Shown piece after piece: positions 12,472 to 21,869 of a stretch of 64,000 nucleotides of DNA (position 1 is its first letter; each line of letters starts with the position of its first letter). The stretch comes from Mobula hypostoma. Lineage: Eukaryota. Both the position numbers and the translations under genes were made by a program. The notes under the pieces are model-generated. The model worked only from the letters and a program-made list of their open reading frames with translations, was not told the origin of the DNA and ran no database searches. Where the stretch lies: NCBI RefSeq assembly GCF_963921235.1, contig NC_086097.1:8122001-8186000 (forward strand), written 5' to 3'.

Positions 12472-13000
12472 CTCAGCATTATATCAATGCTCTTATATTC
12501 TTTCCGCTTGAACAGAATGCGAACATTGCATTTGCCTTCCTTACCACCAACATCCTGCAAGGTAATCTTCAGGGAATCTAGTGAGTAAAGATCCCAAGCC
12601 ATCAAGGGCACTTCATACATTAACCCTTTCAATTCTGGAATCATTCTTGTGCGCCTCCCCTGGACACGCTTCCTTATATCGGGAGGCTGCTTTTCAATGC
12701 CAACACCTTCAATCAGTTTTCAACCACTTGTTAAACATAACATGAGTTGTGAATTGCTGAAAAACAAATCCCAGATGTGTTTACACCACCTCATTGATTT
12801 GTGAGAACAACAGCTGGAAACATCTGCATTTGACTGAACCTAATGTTCTAGTGACAGCTACAAATTTCAGTTATACAGCCACTTTAGTAACTTGAACGAA
12901 TTCCATGAGTTCTCATGAATACCCTCAGTGAGCAACCTACAGGGAAGATGGAAATTCTCTTATCTTCACCAATCCTTCTGTGAGTGCTGAGCTGTGCATT

Positions 13001-13500
13001 TGTTAATGAGAAATCAGTAATGCACTTGTCACCGACGTTGACTCTGCTGTGGGGTCTACACACCGCTGCAGACGGCTTGCACAACAAGCTCGGCAATTGC
13101 ACTTGTGAGTGAGCACCTTCCAGAGTGTGCACCTGTTTCATTTTGGCAATATTTAACTCCCATCCTCTTGTTGTAACCTTGTTGAGACCTGACCAAAAGC
13201 ACGGCAACATTTATCCTCACTGCTTTCCCTCGTCCCTGTCCAGGAAGGAGGACTACCATTTCGACTGACGCTGTCAAAGAGCGGTATTCATTTAGTATTG
13301 ATTATTACTTCCAGCCACGGTGTTGGTGTTAACTTTCAGTTTGAGAGTGTTAGTTAATGGCCTGTTGTCCTAGCATTTACTGTTTTACTTTTCCTTTAAA
13401 TTCTGCAATATTTTTACATTAAAGTCAATGAACTGTCAACCCGCATCAGCGACAGTCTCTCTCTCTCTCCACACTTGAGTCATATCTGAGTGCATTGACA
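13001..13500 (+). mobile_element. Solo LTR (500 bp)
   Basis: TGTTAATG...CATTGACA inverted termini; 5-bp TSD gcatt/gtatt (1 mismatch); ATTAAA ~80 bp from the 3' end. Confidence 0.7.
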
Positions 13501-13674
13501 GTATTGAAGACTTTACAGTCAAATCATTAGGGGGAAAATATCTTTGGTTTTCTCAATCCATGTGATAATTGGGGTAGTTGGTTGCATTCACCTTGATTTT
13601 CATCAGTGTGTTTTACCTTATAGGTTTTACATTTTTCTCCTCCAGAACTTTCATGTGTGGTTAAAGATGAATGA

Positions 13675-13885
13675 AGTGGTAGTATAGTGTTTAGTGTAAC
13701 TCTATAGCAGTGCAAATGACCTGGGTTCTGCTGCTATCTGTAACATTCTCCCTGTGACTATTTAATTTCAGTTTCCTCCCACTATCCAAAGACCCATACG
13801 GTTTGGTGGGTTGATTGGTTACGCGAGTGCAACTGGGTGGCTCAGGCTCTGTGATCATGCTATATCTCTACATAAATAAATAAAA
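13675..13885 (+). mobile_element. Decayed tRNA-derived V-SINE (HE1-like)
   Basis: ttctccctgtgac...cagtttcctcccac core and (TAAA)n tail, shared with other copies in the window. Confidence 0.6.
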
Positions 13886-14244
13886 CATCTGAGTGTAAAG
13901 AAATAACATAATCATTACATTCAAAATTTGATTAAATTCACAGAGTACTTTCAGCCCATCGAATCCATACTAGCCATTGAGTATTCATTAACATCAATCT
14001 TCCATAAATTTATTTTTCAATTTCCTCATGTCTTTCCATGATCTTCCCCCCCCCCAACCACCACTCCCCATGCCACACAACTGCATACACAAAGAGCACT
14101 TTACAATAGACAATGAACCTACAAATCTACACAACTTTGGGGTATAGGAGGAAGCTAGAGCACCCAGAGCAAATACATACAGTTGCAGATAATATGCATT
14201 TTCCTCATACAAAAGTCTGGAGTTCAGTATTGAACCTGGTCACT

Positions 14245-14648
14245 AGATCTAACTTTTCCCTCCTTCTCCCTTCTTCCCCTATTCCCCACTGTGGCCTTTT
14301 ACCTCTTCTCATCTCCCTATCACTTCCCCCGGGTCCCTTCCTCCTTCCAGTTCTCCGATGGTCCACTCTCCTCTCCTATCAGATTCCTTCCTCTCCAGCC
14401 CTTGACCTTTCCCAGCTACCCGGCTTCACTTATCACTTTCCAGCTAGCCTCCTTTCCCCCCGCACCCCCACCTTTTCATTCTGGCATCATCCTGTTTTCT
14501 TTCCAGTCCTGACAAAGGGTCTTGCCCTGAAACGTCAACTGTTCATTCATTTCTATAGACGCTGTTGATGCTGATGACCTGTTGAGTTCCTCCACCATTT
14601 TGTGTGTGTGCTTTGGATTTCCGGTATCTGCAGACTTTCACGTGTTTA
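14245..14648 (+). mobile_element. Penelope-like 3' UTR/pLTR with a degenerate hammerhead at 14504-14541
   Basis: CAGTC-CTGACAA-AGGGTCTTGCCCT-GAAAC-GTC-AACTG after a pyrimidine-rich tract. Confidence 0.7.
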
Positions 14649-14769
14649 GGAACTCTGCTAGCTGCCTTAATGAACATATTTGTGAATTAAGGAGAGTGAG
14701 TGGATAATTGAATGAAAACACAAATACAGTCCAGCAGAAACCTACAGAACTCAGCAATTGTCATTCAAA

Positions 14770-15125
14770 ATTCTCTCTCTCTCTCCCTCCTTACCTCACC
14801 TGCCTATTACTCACCCCCCCATGCCCCTCCTCCTTCCCTTTCTCCCATGGTCCACTCTCCTCTCTGAACAGATTCCTTCCCCTCCAGCTCCTTATCTTTC
14901 TCACCTACCTGGCTTCACCTATCACCTTCTAGTTATCCTCCTTTCCCTCCCCCCACCTTTTTATTCTAGCATCTTCCTCCTTCCTTTCCAGTCCTGGTGA
15001 GGAGTCTTGGCCTGAAACGTCGATTGTTTATTAATTTCCTTAGATTCTGCCTGACCTGCTGAGTTCCTCCAACATTTTGATTTTGTTGCTTCAGATTTCC
15101 ACACTTGCGGACTTTCTCGTGTTTA
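14770..15125 (+). mobile_element. Penelope-like 3' UTR/pLTR with a degenerate hammerhead at 14989-15026
   Basis: CAGTC-CTGGTGA-GGAGTCTTGGCCT-GAAAC-GTC-GATTG. Confidence 0.7.
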
Positions 15126-15275
15126 TTTTTGATGTAGTATTGTGTAATGTAAATGAGATAATTAATTCCCACTGTTGTATGTAAAGAGTTTGTACATATT
15201 CCCTGTGACTGTGTGGATGCCCCAGTTCCTCCCACATTCAAAAGACATACCAGTTAGTAGGTTAATTGGTCATTC

Positions 15276-16184
15276 AGCTGGAGCATCAGCCTGAAGAAGA
15301 CGAACATGTTGGGCCAAGGCGTTGAGCTCCCCCCTGCCATTGCCATCAACAACTACGAGCTGGAGATAGTTCATGAGTTTACATACCTTGGCTCCACCAT
15401 CACGGACAGTCTCTCCCTGGACCCTGAAATCAACGGACGGATTGGACAAGCAGCCTCAGCATTCGCCAGGCTGACAAAGAGAGTCTGGGAGAACAGAAAG
15501 CTGACAACGCACACCAAGGTTGCAGTCTACAGGGCCTGTGTCCTCAGCACACTGCTTTACGGCGGCGAGACCTGGAGCCTCTACTACAGACAAGAGCGGC
15601 GTCTCAACGCCTTCCACCTTCGCAGCCTGAGACACATCCTGGACATCACGTAGACTGACCGAGTCACCAACAATGAGGTCCTGGCCACGCCCAGATACCC
15701 AGCCTCTTCACCCTGCTCCAACAACGCCGTCTCCGCTTGCTGGGCCACGTACACCGCATGTCAGACGGGAGGATCCCGAAAGACCTGCTGTACGGGGAAC
15801 TGGCCTCCGGCAAGAGAGCACAAGGGCAACCCCATCTTCGTTTCAAAGATGTTTGCATGAGAGATATGAAGTCACTGAAAATGAACGTCGAGAGGTGGGA
15901 GTACATTGCAAGCAATCGCTCTCGCTGGAGGCTGGAACTACGCAGAGGTCTAAAAAGAGGAGGAGAGAAGCTGAGGCTTGCTGCTGAAGAAAAGCGCACT
16001 CGCCGGAGAAACAGCACCAAGACAACACTGGAGGACAGCGCCTTCGAGTGCAGTCGCTGTAGCCGAGACTGTCACTCCCGTGTGGGCCTCTACAGGCACA
16101 ACAGACGCTGCTCTAACACAAACTGAAGCAAGACTTTCCAGGCACAGGTCCATGGTCTCGTGAGACTAACGGATACCACCACCA
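15276..16184 (+). mobile_element. 5'-truncated RTE LINE inserted in a V-SINE (SINE pieces ~15165-15275 and 16185-16315)
   Basis: FTYLGSTIT...VYRACVLSTLLYGGETW; GHVHRMSDGRIPKDLLYGEL; C-terminal CSRCSRDCHSRVGLYRHNRRC; (CCA)n tail; TSD tggtcattc/tggtcaatc. Confidence 0.92.
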
Positions 16185-16834
16185 TGGTCAATCTAAATTA
16201 TCCCGTGATTAGATTAGGTTTAAATCAGGGGTTGCTGGGCAGCGTGGCTCAAAGTGCCGGAAGGGCCTATTCTGTGCTCTATCTCATTAAATAACTAACA
16301 TAAATAAATAAATAATCTGCTAGTTAAAGGGTCTTTAAGGAAAAATGATTGTAATATTACATTTAATAATTGAATATTATTTACTTCAATTGGAAACCAA
16401 GGGCTTAACTGTAAAGAAAGCGAACTGCAAAGTTATGAGGTGCGAGATAGTTTTGTTGGGCTGGAGAACTCAGGTAAAGGAAGTGGGAGAAGCAGACAAG
16501 CTATGGCTAACGAGGTGTTAAAGCTTTTACAGATCAAAGGAAACCGATTGCCCGAATTCTCTCAGAAATGGTCTCAAAAGGCAGTAAATCTGAAGATTGT
16601 GGAAGAATTCAGCAAAGGAGGACATTGATAAGAAAACGGAATTAGAATTTGGGAGTAATCTTGCAAAAACAAAAATTGAGCTGTGAAAATGTTGAAAATG
16701 CTCAGGAAATCAGACTACATCAGTGAGAGGAGGAAAAGAATACATGCTTTGATTTAAATCCCTTTTATGGAACAGTGGGAGCTTTCCGTGAAAATCTTTG
16801 TAGGTACAGTATGTAAGGAGCAACTGATAAGGGT

Positions 16835-17978
16835 CCTGGGGCAAGAGACAAGAGAGATTACAAGAGGGTATGGTGGGTGCGTGGAATGCACTGCCAGTGA
16901 AGGTGGTAGAGGCAGATTCAATAAGGTCTTTTAAGGGACTCTAAGGCCACGTCCACACTACGCTGGATAATTTTGAAAACAAAGCTTTTTCTCTTCGTTT
17001 TGACCCTCCGTCCACATTGAAACGGCATTTTCATCCCCCGAAAACGGAGCTTTTCTAAAACACTCTCCAGAGTGAGTAAATTTGAAAACGATTGTTGCAT
17101 GCTGCATCGTGGACAAGGTAAACGGAGATATTTTGAAACGCTGTCATGACAACACCACCACAACAATGCTTTTCCTGCTTCTGCTTGGTACTGCGCAAGC
17201 ACTGCCGGACGGCTGTTATAACGCGCAGTCGGTGGGAACGTCGTGAGGGTCAAATTATAAAGTGAGCTTTTGTGACTAGATCCCCTAAATTGATTTGATT
17301 GAGTCTATCTTTAAAAATATTAATGTCAGAAATACTGTGCAGGTCTGGCGGCAGAAGATTGCACTCTCTTGTTGATCTTGGGTAGAGGACGGCTTCATGT
17401 GTGTGTTGTTTACTTTATTGTCTACGTTAATAGCTCGTTTGGAGTTAAACATCTCCATGTTCTCCACTGCTTTGCTGACTTTGTAGTCATCTGTAACTCG
17501 CAGAAACAGCTCGACTTCATTGTCTGTCTAAACGAAGAAGTCCAGTCTGCTTTTTCCACCGGAGGTTTTCTTTGTATTCCTCGAAGATATTATTGAAAAC
17601 TTTCTTTCGCTGTTGTTGTTGGTACTCTAGTTTTTGGCCAATGGAAATAGCACAATGCCGCCGCGGAAACGTAAATATTACACCATTTCCTCTTTGCTTG
17701 TTTTCTGTAGCTGTGTCTGCGCATGCCCAGTAGGAGTAGATTCGCCCAAATATCCGTTTTAGTGTGGACAGAGATATTTTGAAAAACGCCTAGTGTGGAT
17801 GCCTGTTGTTTTTACTTGAAACAGGTGTTTTCAAAATTATCCGGTCTAGTGTGGATGTAGTCTCAGAGGAGCTTAGAAAAATAGAGGGTTTTGCAGTAGG
17901 GTAATTCTAGGCAGTTTCTGGCGTAGGTTACGTGGCTGGCACAGGGCGTAAAATGTGCTGTAGATTTCTATGTTCTAA
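16835..17978 (+). mobile_element. CR1 3' end split by a Harbinger element
   Basis: gtggaatgcactgccag...ggtcttttaagggactc | ggagcttagaaaaatagaggg...ttctatgttcta. Confidence 0.7.
16945..17862 (-). mobile_element. Internally deleted PIF/Harbinger DNA transposon with a Myb/SANT-like protein remnant
   Basis: ~36-bp imperfect TIRs ggccacgtccacactacgctggataattttgaaaac / gttttcaaaattatccggtctagtgtggatgtagtc; flanks taa/tca. Minus strand ~17548-17453 reads RLDFFV*TDNEVELFLRVTDDYKVSKAVENME. Confidence 0.82.
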
Positions 17979-18021
17979 GAAATCCTTTGGAAACAGTTGA
18001 GAAAAGGTCAAGTCAACGCTA

Positions 18022-18380
18022 TCATCACCACGTCCCAGGTCGTATGAACCATGACCATGATTGCCCTTGGCAAATTTTTCTACAGAAGTGGTTTTCCATT
18101 GCCTTCTTCTGGACAGTGTCTTTACAAAATGGGTGACCCCAGCCATTATCAACACTCTTCAGAGAATGTCTGCCTGCTGTCAGTGGTTGCATAATCAGGA
18201 CTTGTGATATACACCAGCTGCTCATATGACCATCTACCACCTGCTCCCATGGCTTCACATGATCTTGATCGGAGGCTAAGCAGGTACTGCACCTTGTCCA
18301 AGGGTGACCTGAAGGCCACTGGAGGGAAGGAGCGCCTTGCACCTCCTCTGGTAGAGATGTACCTCCATTTGGTCACCCAT
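18022..18380 (-). mobile_element. Short RTE/BovB-like non-autonomous element (type B)
   Basis: Reverse complement aligns end to end with 52930-53305 and 5288-5848. Confidence 0.8.
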
Positions 18381-18562
18381 GGAGTCAGAAGCACTGAATA
18401 GAAGTGAGCTGATTATTCCTCAGCATCTATTGAACTGCATCCCAATGACAGTGGCAACAGTAAATACACTCTCTGACAATTTTTTAAAATCCAGAATTGC
18501 TTCAACAGAGCAAATACAATCCCACTATTTTAAAGGAGGGAAGGAGAAAACAGGGAACTATA

Positions 18563-19113
18563 CAGTACTGTTCAAAAGTCAGACATATACACAGTATAAA
18601 ACTAGGGTGCTTAAGACTTCTAGTAATTATATGTATTCAACTGTACTGCTGCCGTAAAAAAAAACAAATTTCATGACATATGTGAGTGATGATAAAGCTG
18701 ATTCTGATATGGGTCTCTATTGTGGCCAGAGAGTGGGAAGGAGGTAGTGAGAGGGTTGGGAAAAGGGGGAGGCAGAGGGGAGGAAGCAGGAAGCACCAGA
18801 GAGACATTCTGACTAATGACCAATGACAGATAACCCAATTATTTGGAATCAAATAACCTTGCCTGGTGTCTCAGGGCTGGGTGTGTCTGCACCTGTGCCA
18901 CACACCCCTTGCCCTCCCTCTGGCACTCCTTCTCTGTCACCTGTTCCACAGCCCTCCCGCGATGCTCCACCCTCACCATTCCCAACATAGTTTGCTCCCG
19001 CCAGATGTACAAACTCGCTCTCTGCTCCACGTTGACTAATACCACACTGTGCAAAATTCTTAGACATCCTAGCTATATACAGTATATGTGCTGAAGACTT
19101 TTGCATAGTACTG
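18563..19113 (+). mobile_element. Tc1/mariner-type MITE with self-palindromic termini
   Basis: TA-cagtactgttcaaaagtc...gacttttgcatagtactg-TA. Partial copies at 26510-26865 and 55325-55460. Confidence 0.78.
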
Positions 19114-19619
19114 TACATGCTTTGATACTAAATGCACTCTGAGCTTTGAAAGCTGAGACTAGGTAGACTCTTGTATTTCAAACAATGGAAGGTGATCTCA
19201 TGCAAGGATGAAGAGCTCCCTTGGCTGGGTGATCCATAACCTCATAATAAAGGATCAGGCGTTCAGGAGGGAGAACTGGAACTCCTTTGGAGGGTCAATC
19301 ACTGAGTATAAATAGATAAATGGATAGATTTTTGAATATCAGTGGGTTTGGGAATGATGGAGAAAAATTCACTGCAATAAAATATCTGCCACAATGAGAC
19401 AATGTATAGGCAACTCCCTCATCAACATCTATTTTCAAATCCCACAGGGCACATAAATACTGAAGAAATTCCAACAAAAAATATTGGAAGCTAGCAGAAC
19501 AGAATCAGAATCAAAATCAAACTTATTAACACTAAGATATACTCTGAAAGTTGCTTTTACAAAAAAAAATTAGAAATATAATAAAGTACAAGTAGTGCAA
19601 AAGGAGAGCAATATCATGA

Positions 19620-19846
19620 AACACACATCAAAGTTGCTGCTGAACGCAGCAGGCCAGGCAGCATCTCTAGGAAGAGGTACAGTCGACATTTCGGGCCGAG
19701 ACTCTTTGTCAGGACTAACTGAAAGGGTCTCAGCCCGAAACATCGACTGTACCTCTTCCTAGAGATGCTGCCTGGCCTGCTGCGTTCACCAACAACTTTT
19801 ATGTATGTTGCTTGAAATTCCAGCATCTGCAGATTTCCTCGTGTTT
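19620..19846. mobile_element. Short palindromic Penelope-pLTR insertion with a 12-bp TSD
   Basis: Near-perfect ~90-bp inverted arms; TSD gcaatatcatga at 19608-19619 and 19847-19858; hammerhead-like motif on minus at 19680-19717. Confidence 0.85.
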
Positions 19847-19861
19847 GCAATATCATGAGGT

Positions 19862-21456
19862 TGTCATGGTCCGATCCGTGAAGTCCGCATTCTGGTTCAC
19901 GGTCCGGTCCATCGATCCTTGTTCTGGGTTTTCTTGTTTTCTCCCTTGTTCTGTTGGGTGCCTTAATTGAGGCACCTGATTCTCATTTTAGTCTGGTACA
20001 TAAATACCTCTGCAAACCAGGGATTGTTTGCTGGACTGTTCCCTTTCCCATCCTTCTGAAGCCTTGCCTGCATCACCGTCAAGTTCAACTGCCAGAGTGA
20101 GACCAAAGCCTTGCCACGCCAAGATAAGGACAATAGACAATAGGTGCAGGAGTAGGGTCCTTCAAGCCAGCGCCGCCATTCGCTGTGATCATGGCTAATC
20201 ATCCACAATCAGTACCCTGTTCCTGCCTTCTCCCCATATCCCTTGACTCCGCTATCATTAAGAGATCTATCTAACTCTTTCTTGAAAGCATCCAGAGAAT
20301 TGGCCTCTGTTGCCTTCTGAGGCAGAGCATTCCACAGATCCACAACTCTCTGGGTGAAAAAGTATCTCCTCAACTCCGTTCTAAATGGCCTTCTCCCTTA
20401 TTCTCAAATTATGGCCTCTGGTTCTGGACTCACCCAACATCGGGAACATGTTTCCTGCCTCTAGCGTGTCCAATCCCTTAATAATCTTATATGTTTCAAT
20501 CAAATCCCCTCTCATCCTTCTAAATTCCAGTGTATACAAAGAACTATCTATTGTTGAGTTTGGAACTATCTTTTTGTGTCCCCGTGTTTAGTGTCCGTGT
20601 CAAAGAAGAGTCCTGTCCCTAGGTTCTGTTCCCAAGGAGAGGTCCTGACTCTGTGTAAAACCCCGGCCCTAAGTCCTGTTTCCAACGACGGGTCCCTGCT
20701 CTGAGTTCTGTGTTCCAAGTTCCAGGTGCTGTGTTCCAGCCCTCTCCAAGTCTGAGCTTCGTGTCCTCATCCAGTTCTGGTGCCTCGCCCAGCCCACTGC
20801 TGGTGATTCCTCGTCCTGTGCTGGATTATCCCATCTGAATCCTTGGCAGTTTACCTCGGCAGTGGTCCCGGCCCTGCGTCCTAGGAAGAGTCCCAGCCCT
20901 GCGCTCCAAGGAGGAGTCCTGGCTCTGTACCCAAGAGCCTAAACAAGCCGATCCAAGAGCTGAGTCAAACCTTGATCAAGAGCCACGTCCTGTGCCGGAG
21001 ATTCCTCGCCCAGCCCAGGAGTACCTCGCCCAGCCCAGTGCTGGAGTTCCTTCGTCCTTTCCAAGACACAGCTTTGTGTTCTCTTCCTGTCCATGTGCCT
21101 CGTCCTGTGCAGGAGTTCCACATCCTGTCCTGTAGCCATGTCCTGTCCTTGCCGAGATCCTAGCCCCGAGTCCTTGCCTAGACCTGGGTTCTGGGTCCTT
21201 GTCCAGACTCTGGTTCCGGAGTTCCGAGTTCCTAGTCCAGTCTCCTTGTTCCTAGTTCCACGACAAGGTCCCGTGCTTCTAGCTCAAGTCCCAGCCCAGG
21301 CCCTGAATCCTAGTCTCATCCAGGGCCTGTGACAATGTCCAGCGTTGTTTCTTCCCTTGCTTTCTTGACATACCTAGTCCTGTTCCTAATACTTCAGTGT
21401 CTGTGTCTTGAATTTGGGTCCACTCCCAACGCACCCCGCCCCCCCCCCCCATAACA
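19862..21456 (+). mobile_element. Solo LTR (Gypsy-like) with a CR1 insertion at ~20128-20540
   Basis: TGTCATGG...CCATAACA termini; 5-bp TSD GAGGT (19857-19861, 21457-21461); homologous to 53327-54515. Confidence 0.85.
20128..20540 (-). mobile_element. CR1 3' fragment inside the LTR
   Basis: Inverted tail gacaatagacaataggtgcagg followed by CR1 3' ORF2/UTR sequence. Confidence 0.85.
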
Positions 21457-21589
21457 GAGGTAGTGTTCATGGGTTCATTGTCCCTACAGATATCTGATGG
21501 CTGAGACGAAGAAGCTATTCTGAAATGCTAAGTGTGTGACTTCAGGTTCCTGAGCCTTCTCCTTGATGGTAGTAATGAAAAGAGGGCTT

Positions 21590-21848
21590 CTCTCCATCTG
21601 TGATAAGACTACTGAACAGATCCTGACCCGGAAATGGGCCGTACCCTCCAAATATCCGGACCTGCCTCTCGGTTTTTTTGCACTACCTTACTTCCCATTT
21701 TTCTATTTTCTACTTATGATTTATAATTAAAATTTTTAATATTTACTACAGATTTGTACTCCAGGGAGCAGGAAGTGCAGAATCAAATATCACTGTGATG
21801 ATTGTATGTTCTAGTATCAATTGTTTGGCGACAATAAAGTATAAAGTA
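21590..21848 (+). mobile_element. Rex1/Babar 3' tail, (AAAGTAT)n type
   Basis: Matches the reverse complement of 56125-56380; a further copy lies at ~23850-24042. Confidence 0.8.
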
Positions 21849-21869
21849 TGTTGGGTGATGAGGGTCCAT

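Larger units (their letters stand above)
10380..12665 (-). mobile_element. CR1 3' fragment hosting three nested insertions
   Basis: CR1 breaks at acatccactctat (~10703) and resumes at ctaggcctttc (~11998). HSLRIERHPFRTEVRRDFFSPKVVKLWNSL on minus. Confidence 0.85.
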
